Below the pieces are notes generated by a model. It was not told the origin of the DNA and did not search any database. It worked only from the letters and a program-made list of their open reading frames with translations. From assembly GCF_009914755.1 (NCBI RefSeq), contig NC_060939.1: 64,000 bases of DNA, one strand, 5' to 3'. Source of the DNA: the human T2T-CHM13v2.0 reference genome, Homo sapiens. The first letter of the stretch is position 1; the number at the start of each line of letters is the position of its first letter. A program made the translations under genes and the position numbers. Positions 1 to 14,299 of the stretch are shown in pieces.

Positions 1-173
1 TCCTGCGTAGTGGAACTATAGGCACATGCCGCCACACCTGGCTTGTTATTTTTAAGAGAGACAAAATTTTGCCATGTTGCCTAGGCTGGTCTTGAACTCC
101 TGAGCTCAAGCAATCCTCCTGCCTTAGCCTCCCAAAGTGCTAGGATGACAGGCGTGAGCCACCGTGTCCAGCC
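1..173 (-). mobile_element. AluJ-type SINE, cut by the window edge
   Basis: Antisense Alu left arm with AluJ-like ctcaagcaatcctcctgcc, ending gtgtccagcc. Confidence 0.9.
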
Positions 174-260
174 TGCAGTGATTTTTCTTAAAGCCCTTTC
201 TTAAATCTCATCAGCTTGCTCCTGTTTAAAGTCTATCAGGGACCCTTTAGTGCCTGTCTG

Positions 261-393
261 CAGGGCTGGCTCCAAAGGCGTGTAACATGAGCACTTGTAT
301 AGGACCCGTGGGCTTAGAAGGGCCCCATGCCTGGTTTATCGTTCTGTAGTCACTGTTTTGCGCTGAGATCTGCAGATTATGGAGTCAGTCCTG
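261..393 (+). mobile_element. MER45A-like hAT-Tip100 MITE, internally deleted
   Basis: Ends cagggctggc and gtcagtcctg; internal agaagggccccatgcctggttta matches recalled MER45A. Confidence 0.7.
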
Positions 394-2111
394 TATTTGG
401 TGTAGCATCTGAGTCACATAAAGAGCCTTTACAACCATGTGGCCACCTCCCCTCATGCCCTAGTCACTGTTCTCTGATCCTAAGCCCTATGCTTTCCTGT
501 TCCTTCCCATGTAGCTCTCCCCCAGTCGTGCCATTTGGTCTAGTTGGTGTTGTTCATGCAACAACAATTCAGTCCATGTTTCCTGTGTGCCACAGATTGT
601 CACTGGGTAGTGGAAATACAGAGATGAGGGCAGAAACTTGATTTCACAGAAAAAACCAACTATATACACATAACTCCAATACAATATGGGAAATGCAATA
701 AAAGAGAAATAACTGATAAGCCAGTTACACAAACATACACAATGTATGGCTTCTGTTTGTTTGATGTTTACCAAAATAGAATTATTGTATCTTACGGGTA
801 CCCATCTTTTACAGTCTTTCTACCGACTTTTGTAGGTTTTTCTCATTGTTTGCTCTTTAAAAACGACACACATCTTTATCTGCTTCTTTGTTTTCTTACT
901 CAACAATTCCTTGTGCAAATTTCTCCTAAACCAATGATTAAAACAAAGTTTGGGATTATTTTAAGAATCTTCTTTTAATCATTTGTTTCTCTCATTAGAA
1001 CAGCAAGCTTAAAGTTCATTTTCATTCGACTACTTTAGAAGGGAACATTAAATAGTAGCTGTTTTCCAACTTGAGCCTTTTGTGTATTAAAATTAAACAT
1101 TCAGTTCTACCCTTGTACTTATTCTTTCAGTTAAGCAAACTAGCATATTATTTGGAAATTTTGTTATAAATGCTGGCTTTCCTTTACAATTTTTTTCTCA
1201 AAACATCTGTTTAGGGAGGAAACATGTAAATCGTAAGATAATTCCACAAATGATGTTCAGATGAAAACTTTTCCATCTCGGCCTAATTTTAGAGCCCTGC
1301 TACAAATATTCTGTTTAATTAATTTCACTTGCGTTTGGTTTCCTTTCTCCTGTCCTTATTTTCCTCTGCCCAGGGGCAGTCAGATTTTTCCTAATGTTTC
1401 CTCTCCTTCCTCTGTGTACCATAGGTCACTGTAGACTCCATGGTTCTCTCTCTGTGTTTGCCTGGATCTGCCTGCAAAAGTGCACTGCCCTCTCCTTTCC
1501 TCCTTAGCTAGGATGGCAGTTGGCAAATTGAGCCTGACATTTTCCTAGAGATGTGCAGAGGATGGCAGTTTTAATTTCATTTAAATTTTAGGAATTAAAA
1601 GTCCTTATTTTTCCCAGTCTGAGTTACTAATATCTTGGGTAAAACCTTATTTCTACTGGGTGCCTGGGGATGTATCAGGGGGCAGGATGAATCAGACAGC
1701 AGAATCTGTTTGAGGTTGAAAACAAAGCAGAGACTGAAAAGCCCGGAGACATTCTGGACCCTTATTTTCTGTTGCTCTTTCTTCTTCTGTCTGCGTGTTG
1801 AATGCCTTTATCCCCATCCCATCCTGCACCATGCCACAGATACACACATTCTAGTGGGAAGCGATTCTTTCAGATTCTTCAGACCTTCTCTCTAACCTCA
1901 CTCCTCAACGCAGTTGTCTGGGATCATGTAGGCAAGAAAAATACTCGATGCTGTATTCTCTCCAAGACCTTCCTTTGTAGCACTATCCCAAACTGTTATT
2001 GCTGATTTATTTGAGAGAGTTCTTGGTTAATGTCTGTCTCTCTACTGGGCTGCATGCTTCTAGAAGACAGAGCCTACCATAGAGACCAAAATACATAAGG
2101 TCTCAGGAAAT

Positions 2112-2320
2112 CAGTATTGCCCGACAGAAACTTCTGCAGCGATGGGCATGTTCTGTATTTGTGCTGTCCATTATCATAGCCATGGGCGACAAGTGGCTGT
2201 TGAGTATTCAAAATATGGTCAGTATGACTGAAGAATACAATTTTAAATTCTACTTAATTTTAATCCATTTAAATTTACATAGCCTCATGTTACTAGTGGC
2301 TTCCATATTGGGCAGGGCAG
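2112..2320 (+). mobile_element. MER3 hAT-Charlie DNA transposon, adjoining an L2 3' remnant (~2020-2110)
   Basis: gtgctgtccattatcatagcc...agtggcttccatattgggcagggcag follows the recalled MER3 consensus over its full length. Confidence 0.85.
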
Positions 2321-3439
2321 ACTGAACTAGGTTAGTAGATGTGTGGATGGAGGAAATCCAAGGAAGTAAGTACCTGGGTATGGGATTAAAGGAGAGTCAA
2401 AGTCATCACTGGGACTATTTTTGTGGTTTTTTTATTCTCAACATACACCACCACCCCTCCCCGCCCCTCCGTCCCCCAACACACACACCAGCTTGCTCCA
2501 CTGGCTGGATTGGGTTGAATTCAAGAGGTGGAAATTTGTAGCCTCCCTTATTGGCTCTGATGTCTTTGCTCTCAACCAGAGAAAACACTATTGCCGTTGT
2601 ACAGGGTGTGGTCATTCCCAGCCCTGTTTCACCCTTACACGTGATCCTGTCTTCCTCTGGGTGCAATGAGGTCGTCATCAGTCTAAGTATGTTGGAGTGG
2701 TCCCCTGAGTCAACAGGAAGTGGCAAATCCTTGCTGAGTGAGTTCCCTGAACTGGGAGGATATCCTGAACATGCTATAACCTGAGAAAGCACATGTTTAT
2801 CTTGCAGCATAAAAGCCCTCTGTTGGCCATACAGTGCTTGTTAATCCAGGGCTCTCTGTAAGCCTGACTCAGTAGGTGGTAAGTAAAGAAATGAATTTAC
2901 TGTCCCTGTTCCTGTAACTCATGCTGACTGTGCACATGCCTCAACTGGAGGCTGGTTTTTGCTTTTCCAAGGGGCATGTTTCTAAGGAGACATTTATCTG
3001 TGTGTATCAAAGAATCATTTGCCTTGGATGACATCACTGGTCACAGCCCATTCTGCTCAGTTCCTTATTTAAAGGAGCCAAGTCTGAAAGGCCTGGCTTA
3101 GAAAGTTTCTACCTTCAATAGTTGTGTCAACGGGAGAGCCTCAGCATGCTGTTCTGAATGGAGGGCCAGGTGCAACGTGTACATGCAGACCCAGAAGATA
3201 AAAGTTGGGCCTACAAATGCACCCCTTGTGCAGATGAGATGCCAGTCTCACCAGGCCACCTGGGAGCGAAAGGGCTTTCTGACCTTCATGAAAACCCAAC
3301 ACAAATATCTCAAGAACTTTTTCAAAATATCTATTTTCCTGCTGCTCTCCTGCTGGTTCAATCTCGGGAGCTTAAGTAGCTGTGATTGTCCCTGGGAAAT
3401 CTGCTTTTTAGTATAACTTATTTGGACGGAAAAAAAGCC

Positions 3440-3620
3440 ATCATCTATTTAAAGTTTACATGCACTTGCCCCTTTGATCCAGCAATTCTACTTCTAATAA
3501 TTATAGAAATACTTGCATATTTAAGAATAGATATATATGGTTATTCATTAGTGTGAAAAATTTGAACCAAGAAAAATGCCATTAATAAATCAGGATGCAA
3601 TAAATCAAGGTGTGCAGATG
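3440..3620 (+). mobile_element. Old L1M ORF2 3' fragment
   Basis: ccctttgatccagcaattctacttct motif typical of the L1 ORF2 end. Confidence 0.6.
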
Positions 3621-3812
3621 GAAATGGCAGAAGTTGCCTGCTCACTTCCGTTTCCCATTCTACTTTTTTTTATTTTCTAATCTTAATTTCTTGAGTATTC
3701 ATAATAAAATATGGCTTTATTCAAACAAAGATTGATAAGCATCGTGGTGAATAATATCAATAATATTTGAAATATTATCAAATTTATTTTTCATTTATTG
3801 ATGTAAAGGCTC

Positions 3813-4168
3813 TGATATGGTTTGGCTCTGTGTCCTCACCCAAATCTCATCTTGAATTGTAATCCCCACATGTCGAGAGAGAGAGGTGATTGGATCAAGG
3901 AGGTGGCTTCCCCTCTGCTGTCCTTGCGATGGTGAGTTCTCATGAGATTTGATGGTTTTATAAGGGGCTTTCCCCAATTTGCTGTCACTTCTCTCTCCTG
4001 CCATCATGTGAAGAAAGTCCTTGCTTCCCCTTCGCCTTAACTATGATTGTAAAGTTTCCTCAGGCCTCCCAAGCCATGTGGAACTGTGAGTCAATTAAAC
4101 CTCTTTCCTTTATAAATGACCCAGTTTTGGGTAGTATCTTAACAGCAGTGTGAAAACAGACTAATACA
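3813..4168 (+). mobile_element. THE1C/D-type MaLR solo LTR
   Basis: TGATATGGTTTGGCTCTGTGTC...GACTAATACA termini; attaaa poly(A) signal. Confidence 0.92.
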
Positions 4169-6996
4169 GGGTTTAAGCTGGGGACCGGGTTAAAGGAATG
4201 ACCATCACTAATGCTAACCAAGGCAGGGTTTAATGAGTGAGGCAAGATTATTGAGGCCTCTCAAGAAAAATACAATATATTTTCTGTACCAGCAGACCGG
4301 ACTGAGAAAAGGGGACTGGAAGAATCTGTAACAGACCACATTTTAAACTTGAATTTGACTTAGTAATGAGAACTAATTATGAAGAATGAGCTTGTTTGAA
4401 CTGGAAAGGGCTAATACTTTAAAGTCTTGAGTAAGGAGGGTTTCATTTTGGTTTTGATTTTGTCCTCAGAAAAACTGGGGATCCAGGGCTAATTGAGTTC
4501 ACTTTTTAAAAAATAATGTGACATTTCGGCATACTAAGTGTCTACTGCCATGGGTGACAGCAAGGGCAGAGAGGACATCTATGCAGTGGCCACCCTGGAT
4601 TGCCACCAGATTCTGCCTTTTCACTTTCTCAGCCCAGGGCACCTCCAGGCAGTGAAGTCACTGGTAACAAGACAGCAGGAACATGAGCACACAGATAGGG
4701 GCAGATAAGGGATTCTTTATACACCTGTGGCCATGGAACCAGAGGAAGAAAGAGCAGGTCTGCTCTTGGTCATGTGCAATCTCGATTCAATAATTTTATA
4801 CAAAACATAGATTCTTTCCGTCATGAGCTCATTCTTTGCGTGGCATAATTTCCGGACTCCTCTGAGGTAGACGAGCCATGTGACAGATGTCTCTACAGTG
4901 CTGATTCTTGCATTTTCATGCAATTCACACCTTTTATAATATTACCATCAAAAGGTGAGGGTAGGAGTGTCTGGGCCACTGGGAAATCTTCAGGCTTCTT
5001 GATCAAAACCCCATTGTGTGCTAGGTGCCCCTTCCGCCACCAGGAGTTGAAATTATGCCAATTGTTCCTTATGTCTGCAGCTTTGTCTGTCTCTTGTGAT
5101 CTGTACATTTGCCTACATTTTATTTCTATTAACATATTTTGTTACACTTCCTCCATCTTTTTCAACAGATGCCCTCTTCTGAACAATCCTGCCAACCTAA
5201 TATTGTACATTTGCATTGTAACTAAGATTTTGACTCCCTTACTTTCAGAACAAATGGAGAGACCTCGTTCAGTCGATGGATGGTAGCAACAAGGAAGAAA
5301 GCAAATGGAGAAATGACATCTCATGACCCAGGTAATTTATGGGATTACATGATATAAGAATTAATGCTGGAAAGAACCTTGCAGATTACCTGCTCCAACT
5401 CTCACATTTTCATTTGAATAAATTAAGAATCTTAAGTGACCTTCCCAATATCACATAGGTAGAGTTGAAACTCAAGTGAAACCAACAGAACTCATTTCTA
5501 GAAAGTTCAAATAAGATGTTCACAGCAATCTTTGGAATCAACAATAAAATAAGCCTCTGAACTGAAATTTGAAATGAAGTCAGGGCATTGGGCTTCTTTG
5601 CAGACTATTAGGAATGCAAAATACTAAAATTAATTTAGGCAAAATCATAGCAGCATTTTAATTTTACAAGCTGATTTATCCAAGCATTTTGGTGTAAATC
5701 CTCATTTAGTATTCATGACAACTTTATGAAGCCTGAATTATTATTCTGATTTTGCAGTTTAATTATTCTAGGTGCAGAGAGGTTAACTGGCTTTTGCATT
5801 AACAGGGCGGTAAATGTTAAAATAAGGGCTCAAATACAAGTCACATCACTCTGAAGGCAGCGCCAGCCAGCGCCCAAACAGTAAAGGCACTTCTAATTCA
5901 TATCAGAGATATATCTCCTAAAGTTTCCAGAAGAATCGAATCACTGACCATCTTCCTGCTTTGGTGAGGCTTATTTCAGGGTTCACTGGCCCTCATTATT
6001 GGTGTGATCCCAGTTATTAAAGGGACCAGAGAGCTATCATGACACAGCATGCTTCCCCCAACAGTTATACTTGAAGTGTCAACAATGATAAAGGAAGCTA
6101 AGCATAGGGTGATACTATATTAGTGTTTTTTTTTTAAATAGCCCCTCTTTCTGGCATCTTTATTTCTAATAATTAAATTTGAATTGGATTTTGACTGCTC
6201 ATTCAGCCAAAATTACGGAATTGATTATGCATTTGAAAAGGGAAGGTATAAATAATGCAAAAATTATTCTGTAATTATAGGCAATTGACAAGGATTCAGG
6301 GGATGTGTTTAAACCTCTTTACCCAGCATCCAGAAGCAGCTGACTGCCCCTTTTTTTCTCCTTTTAGGGTATTTCTATAATCTTTTTTCCCATGTTAGAA
6401 TGATTTAATTTTGCATGCATTTTTGCTCATGATGTTTCCGGGTTGATGCCAACCATGTATGCCAGAGACAAAAAGAAACGTGCTTCTTTGCTGGAGTTGT
6501 ATAGGTTGTTCCTCAAAATGTTGGATTCCTGTAGAATTGGAAACTTAACGGTGATTTGTTGTGGTTTATGGTTTTACGGGCACAGAGCCAGAAGAGACCC
6601 TGGAGGCCATCCAGCGGTACCATTTTATGTCGTAGTGGATGGAACGAAGACTCCAAGAGATTAATTGAGATAGCCTGGAGTTTCCTGGCAATTTCCTTGA
6701 GAAATAATGATACTTAGTGGCAGAAGTGAGTCCAAAATACATTTGTGCAGGTCCAAGTCATGCAGTTTTCCCCACCATACCCCACTGCCTCTGGTTACAA
6801 GTTTTCATGTGCCCTCTATTCCTGACATGCTGTAATATCTGGGGCAGGTCCATCCTTCTCTGCCTGTCTCTCCTTATCTATAGATCTGATGTATGACTTC
6901 TCTTTGTAAGGGTGTCACAAATTTTCTGTCAAGATTATACTTCTGTACGCTTATTTTTAAAATGGCACTTTTCTATTTCAGCTCCTCTTGCAAATA

Positions 6997-7274
6997 AAGT
7001 AGACCCTTGAACAATGTGTTTGAACTGCACAGGCCATTTATAAACAGATGTTTTTCAATCAATGGAGCCGGCCCTTTGTATCTGGGAGTTTTGCATCGGC
7101 AACCAACAGCAGATTATATAGTAGTATTCCCTCAGTGCACAACCTGCGGATATGAAGGGCTGACTTTTTGTGATACGTGGGTTCTGTGGAGCCAGCTCTG
7201 AAGCTTGAGTATGTGTGGGTTTTTGTATCTGCAGAGGGTCCTGAAATCAATCCCCTACAGACACCGAGCAACTG
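6997..7274 (-). mobile_element. MER2B/MER8-type Tigger-family MITE
   Basis: TA-flanked; aagtagacccttgaacaa at one end and gcaactg at the other. Confidence 0.8.
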
Positions 7275-7529
7275 TAGTTATTGTTTACAGGGATAAACTT
7301 GGCAATCATTCCTTAAAATCGATTACTGACTGATGTGTTTTTCTCACTTCTGGAGCGCCTACCATATGGTACTGGAGTTGGGGATTTTCTTTCTCTCTAA
7401 CTGCACCACGTCCACACATGGGAGAAACTCATGGAACATCGGTTGAATCTTCCCAGCATTGCCTGTATCTGCATGGTGCAGACAAACTGAATTGCTGCAC
7501 ATTGCCCTCATTCATTTCTAAATGATGGT

Positions 7530-7735
7530 CGTAGCAAACATTATTAGGTTCTGACAGTGCTAGGCTCAAGGTAAGCAGGTGATATTTATCATCTTATTTA
7601 AAGAAGCTCACAACCCTGTGAGATAAGTACTGTCCCTAGTTCCTTTAAACAGATGAAGAAACTGAAGCTGAAAGTAGTTAGCCCGGATCTCCTGGGCTGA
7701 GTGGTGGAACCAGGATTTGAACAGGCTGATTTTCA
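7530..7735 (-). mobile_element. MIR SINE (other MIR remnants at ~5360-5480, 5695-5858, 6580-6790, 20875-21060, 40470-40680, 42390-42600, 49920-50080, 51200-51410)
   Basis: Core acagatgaagaaactgaagct and ccaggatttgaac. Confidence 0.75.
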
Positions 7736-8243
7736 CTCACTGTGGTATTCTGCGTCTGATATAAAGTCAGGGTATCCCGGTAAGGGCAAGGAATGCCTTG
7801 GTATCTAAATCTTATGCTTCGATTCCTTCTTCGACATTCCCACCAAGTAGCCGTGTACTCTCTGAACATCTTGCGGTTTAATTTATGCAGTTCCATCTTT
7901 ACCTGTTAGAAGGGCTGTCTCTATGTTAAGGCCAAACCTGCCTCCTGGTCCTTCATAAATATTGCCCCTGCCATCTGGAGTCATGGAGAAGAATCTTCTG
8001 AGTATTCTCCCATAGCACAGATTTCAGAAACTCCGAGACTTCTGCTTTCCTTGATTGATGTCCAGTTAGTGCATCTAGTCTTTGCACGTTGGAATTTTAA
8101 GCTCCTTCGTAAACCCGCGCATTTGCATCTGATGCCCTCGGTTTGTCTGTGTGCCTCATAATGACAGCATTGACACCCACCTCCCACTCAGTTGGGTTCG
8201 GACCCCTTCCAAAAGTTAACCATGTTCTCTTTGTCATAGCACA

Positions 8244-8312
8244 TAGCTCCTGTTAATTCAACTACTAGCTCCTATGAATTCAACTACTAGCTCCTGTTAA
8301 TTCAACTACTAG
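8244..8312. repeat. 22-bp tandem repeat, 3.1 copies
   Basis: tagctcctgttaattcaactac at 8244, 8266 (2 mismatches) and 8288. Confidence 0.97.
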
Positions 8313-8638
8313 TTGTGCTCAGGGAGGTCAGAGTCATTGGTTTATGCAGGAGAAGAAGAATAGGGAGCTCCTTGTCTGAGGCAGGTGTTGCCTGTGTTTC
8401 CAGGTTCCCTTTATGTCTCAACTGGTGTGTCTGCTGCCCCTCTCCAGCCCTTTCCTGGCCCTCCAATGCCACCCTGTTTCTCCTCTGGCTCTGGGTGGTC
8501 CTTGCCTACTGGCTGCTTGTCTGGCTTTGCCCTGTGTTCCTTGGGTTACTTAATATTTTGACATGCTCCCATCCCAGTGTTTTCTTTTTGATAATGATAG
8601 TGCTTGAGGGATTTTCAGAAATACCCAGAGGAACTACT

Positions 8639-8689
8639 TTCCTCCCTTCCTCCCTCCCTCCCTCCCTCCCTCCCTCTCTTTCTTTCTTT
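8639..8689. repeat. (CCCT)n/(TTTC)n polypyrimidine microsatellite
   Basis: Read directly. Confidence 0.95.
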
Positions 8690-8842
8690 GTGGAGTGGAG
8701 AAAGGAGCAAGAACATGTAGAAAAATATCCCCAGGTAATTATGATATATAACATTTTATATCATTTCTTTATTTATACTCATTGTCTGTTACTTGAAGAA
8801 AGAAAGTATTAAGCAATGAAACGTCTGGAAGTCTCTTAATAA

Positions 8843-9208
<366 letters not shown>

Positions 9209-10129
9209 TAAGAGATTCGATGCTATTTCAAAAATGTAAAACTTCACTGAACTCTAGGCTAATGAATGAGGGAATGTCATAAAAGCATTGTCAATATTTT
9301 AAAATCTTTGATGTGATTATCTCACTTTAGGAGTTATAAATTTTCTTTTTAGCATTTTGCTCACAATTATAGTATGCTGCCAACATATAATTGAGTTTCT
9401 TTGGTGAGGTCATATTTTTATGCCAAACTGCACATCCAGTACTTATTAGACCTCCTCATTCAATGTTAGTTATTCCTTTTTTCATAATTCAAGTAGTACT
9501 CTCTTTTAAAAATGAATCATATTATTTCATTAAATATCCGGCACAGAAACATTAAACAATACCACATTTATATATGTTTTTAGAGTAGTAATAGTAAAAA
9601 TAATAATAAGAAGAAACTATTAGGTTTTCTCACTAATCAAACTATCACTGATCAATTCTTCCTAAAATTTGCTTAATTCCCAAATTTGAGGATAGTCTCT
9701 CAGACTCAGTATAAATCTTTATCATAAAGTAAGAACATTTCATAATTTCCCAGTAGATAATTATTAAAATTCTTCAGATTTCTTCCCTAACTCTCTTAGC
9801 TCCCTTTTGTAGACAACTGAGGAGTTTATTTATCTTGCCTTGCTGATAAATGCATTAAGTGGAGAACCTGACTTTTTGCTCCAGTGCACCACTCACCTCT
9901 CTCGTGATCCTTTTCTTGCATACAGCTGCAGTGAAAGCGAGATAGGCCATCCAGGAAACCATGCAAAGACTCCCCAGCTTGTCTCTGAGAAGTAGAGATC
10001 TGCACTCAACTTGAATCTGAACAAGTTTCTGTTATCTTAAATTTGTATGCTAATGCTTATTTGACAACTCTTATATGGTGTTAAATACATTTTACTTAAG
10101 GAAATATTTTATTATAAGTTACAGCAATT

Positions 10130-13100
10130 TAACACTGTTTCTGTTTACTGAAAGAGATTGGTATTATTTCTTCTTTAAATATTTGGTAGAATTCACTAGT
10201 AAAACAAGTTGGGCCAGATTCCTTGTTTTTAGAAATGTTTTAAATTGTTGATTCAATTTCATAATAGATGTAGAACTATATAAGTTAGCTCTTTCTCCTT
10301 TTGTAACTTGGTAGTTTGTATCTTTCAAAGGGTTGGTTCATTTCATTTAAGTTATCAAATACGTGTGCATTGAGTTATTGGTAGCATTTCTTTCTTATTC
10401 CTCGAATATCCATGGGATTGGTAGTGATGACTGCTCCCTCATTTCTGATATTGATAATTTGTGACTTCCCCTTTTTTTCTTGGTTAGTCTGGCAAATGGT
10501 TTTTCAATGCTATTAATCTTTTTAAAGAATGAGTCTTTGATTTTATTGCTTTCTCTATTATTTTCTTGTTTATAATTTTATTGATTTCTGCTATAGTTTT
10601 TATTATTTCCTTTTTTCCTGTTTACTTTAGGTATAATGGGCTCTTCGTCCTCTAGTTTACTAAGGGAGGAGCTTAGGTTACTGAATTTCTTCTTTTCTAG
10701 TATATGCATTGAATGCCATCCATTTTCCTGTAAGCACAGCTTTCACTGCATTCCATAAATTTTCATTTTCATTTAGTTCAAAATATTGTTAAATTTCTCG
10801 AGAGTTCTTCTTTGACCCATAGCTTATTAGAAGTGTTGTTTAATCCAAACTGTTGGGAATGTTTTAGCTATCATTCTGTTATTGATTTTTATTGTGTTCT
10901 GAGAGCATTCTTCATATAATTTATATTTTAAAAAATTCATTGTGTTTTACGGGCTAGAATGTGGTTTATCTTGGTGAATGTTCTTATGAACCTGAGAAGA
11001 ATGTGTATTCTGCTGTTGCTGGAGTACCCTATAAATGTTTATTAGTTTCAATTGATTGATAATGCTGTTCAAACCATTTGTGCCCTTACTGACTTTCTCC
11101 CTTCTTGATCTATGCATTACTGAAAGTGTAGTGGATTTGTCTATTTCTCATTGCAGTTCTATCAGTTTTTGTCTCATGTATTTGGATACTCTTTTGATAG
11201 GTGCTTATACATTTAAAATTATGTCTTAAAGAACCAACTCTTTTATTACTAAGTTATGCCTTTTTTTATGCTTGATAATCTTCTTTACCTTGAAGTTTGC
11301 TTTGTCTAAAATTAATAATCTGCCAAGCTTTCTCTTGATTAGTGTTAGCATGGTATATGTTTCTCCATTCTTTTACTTTAGCCTATTAGAGGCTTTGTAC
11401 TTAAAGTGAGTTTCTTGTAGACAATATAGAGTTGGGTCTTTAAAAAAATATTTACCCTGACAATCTTTGTATTTTAATTGGTATATTTAGTCCATTCACA
11501 TTTAAAGTGATTATAGCTACAGTTACATTGACATCTACCATCTTTGGAACTTTTATTTATTACATTTGTCATTTATTTATTTTATTCTGACTTTTTCTGT
11601 CCTTTCTAGTCTTACTGAGTATTTTTTATGTTTCTATTTTATCTCCTCTCTTAGGATAGCAATTATACTTCTTTTAAAACTGTTAATATGTTTGCTTTAA
11701 ACAGTTATCTTTTAGCTTATTTGAGAATAGGAAAATAAAGATTTACTTTGCCTTCATATATTTCATACAGATACTCTTTATGTTGATCTAAGTTTCTGCC
11801 CTATATTATTTTCCTTATCACTGAAAAACTTCTTTTTATATTTATTAAATTTTTGGCAGGGAAGTTCTTCCCTTAATGAATTCCCTTAGTTTTTGTTTGC
11901 CTGAGAAATTATTTATTTTTCCTTCACTTCTGAAGGTTAATGTTCCTAGTTGTTAGGTCTGAATTCTGAGTTGATTTTTTTTTTCTTTCAACATTACCTA
12001 AGTAATACCTGTTATTAACTTTGGCAAATTGTTGGCCAATATTACATCAAATATTTTTTCTCCTTTGCTCTTACTTTCTTTACCTTCTGGCATTCTAATT
12101 ATGTGTATGTTACATCTTTTGAAATTGTCCCACAGTTCTTGGATGTTCTGTTCTATTTTTAAATTTTCAGTCTTTTATTTTTATTTTGGTTCAAGAGGTT
12201 TCTATTGACCTGTCAACAAGTTTATCTATTCTTTCCTCAGTTGTGCTAAGTATACTAATGAGCCTATAATTAGTGTATATTAGTATTCTTCATTTTTGTT
12301 ATTGTGTTTTTTTATTTCTAGCATTTCATTTTGATTTTTTCTTAAAGCTTTTGCTTAGGCTACTTTTACCATTAGCACTCTTAACATATTAATCATAGTT
12401 ATTTTAAATGTGCTGTCTGATAATTCCAACACCTGTGTCATATGTTTTATTCTAATGCTTGCTTTATCTTTTCAGATTGTGTATGTTCTTCTTCTGGCAT
12501 GTCTTCTGCTTTTTTATATTGAGTAATGGGAAACAGGTAAATTGAGGACTTACGTTATTCTGGTTAGGAGTTGGGTCGTGTTTAGTGTTGCTCATAGATG
12601 TAGGCACCAAACATTTCAATCTCCTCTAGCATCCTTGTTTTTGTTTCACTTCTTGATTGTAGGTTTTTCTATGTTCTATTCCTTAAAGAACATTTTTCTC
12701 CTGCAGTTCTTACAGCTGCAAGCACAGTTATTACACTGGCCCCCTGTATAATCTTCTGATTAAGTCTCAGCCTTCTATTACCTCGGTGTTTGAGGCTGTG
12801 ATCTTCACCAGTGTTTCTCCAGTGGTGTAGCTTTTGTCTCTTTGTCCCTCCTACCTTTCTGGCTGCAATATTCCTAATCTATTTATTTGAACTCTAATCT
12901 CTGTGAACTAGTGTGTTTTCTACTGCTTTAGGTGACGTAGGAAAACTGGAGACTTGAGCTGGAAGAATTTCTCTTCTCTTTCTGGAGTAAGGGTTCAGAA
13001 TTGAGTGCTGGCCATCTTCTTTTTCCTGGCAAGTGGGCTTTTTTTTTTTTCCTTTAGAAACAGCTGGCATATTTTACACTGGCTGTTCTTCCACTCCACT

Positions 13101-13480
13101 TAAAAGAGCCATGAGGACATATTTTTGAGATACATACAATGTCAACCTAGTGGAACTACTGAAGAGAAGGACCACAAAAGTGTGGGAACTCCTTCTCAAT
13201 CTCATGCTAGTAAACACTTAGCCTCCAGAAATTCATCAAAGTCACCATTTAAGTGTTTATACCAGTTTATGTCTCTAGAAGCTTCTGCTCCAAGTAAGAT
13301 ATTGGTTGCTGTATCTTTCTGCATGTACCTCTCTCCATATTTGGGAGTTGGTTTGCCCCGTGACCTCAATTCTCTTGGTGGGTCCAAGAAAAGTCTTTGA
13401 TTTTTAGTTTATTCAGATTTCCCTTGTAAAGATGGAGGTGATGACTTCCAAGCTAGTTACATGTTCAAGCAGAAACCCTA
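10130..13480 (-). mobile_element. Old L1M (MC/MD-type) with ORF2, ORF1 and 5' region, degenerate
   Basis: Antisense L1 motifs (ttggtagaattcactagt, gagaagaatgtgtattctgctgttg, tttcttgtagacaatatagagttgggtc), ending in an L1M-type 5' end gacttccaagct. Confidence 0.85.
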
Positions 13481-14299
13481 ACTCCCCACATTAACTATTT
13501 TACCTCTAGTAGAAAAAGGTCCCACTGTGGTTGGCAAATCCTAAGAAGATATCTGTAATCTAGTGGATCAGAGTCACTGGGAAGTCAAAAGGAAGTGGAA
13601 GTCTGGTAAGTCCCTCTTTTGGGGAATTACTGGTACCTTGAGGCTGTTGGTGTCTCTTTAGGCTTCCTATTTCAGATAAAGAACCTACTGAAACAAAATA
13701 GTTTTCCAAAATAAGGGAAAAAAAGAGGGGGAAAAAGAGGGAGAAAAACCCTGTTTTTCACTGTAGAAACTGAATATGGCAATTCTGACTTCTGAATTAT
13801 GAAACCACTTGCCCTCCCTTTCCCTACTTATAAAACTCCTCTCCCCATGGAATTTCCTGGTATTGTGAATGTCCACATTCCTGGTATTGCAAAAATCCGA
13901 TATAATAATAATACAAACATAAGAAACCAGCACCTGTGTAAAGTTATTATAAGAAAATGTAAATTAGTATCAAAACCTTTAGCATATTAAGATGTTGCCA
14001 AAAAGTCATGAAAATGAAGAACATTGTAACAAATACTGTTTATGAGTTAAATATTGTTAAATGAGCAGTTGCATATGTGAAAGCGTACATGACTCAGAGT
14101 AGAAAAAATCAAAAACAGGGAGGTATAAAACAAAAGTTGGTAGAGCTCAGAAAGGAAATGGAAGAAAAAGACAAAAACCATTTAAGAATAAAAGATAAAT
14201 TATGAGGAACGCAAGGATGAATAGATGCAATGGAGAGGATAATAGAGAGACAAAGATAAATGTAAAACTGAAATGTGGAAGAGGCTAAAAGAATTAGAT

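Noticed and set aside
2639-2781. Possible - strand exon
   Set aside because: The donor is weak and the peptide unrecognised. The region is better explained as an enhancer-like motif cluster.
8244-8312. 22-bp repeats as a CRISPR-like array
   Set aside because: The units are contiguous with no spacers, in primate DNA. This is an ordinary minisatellite.
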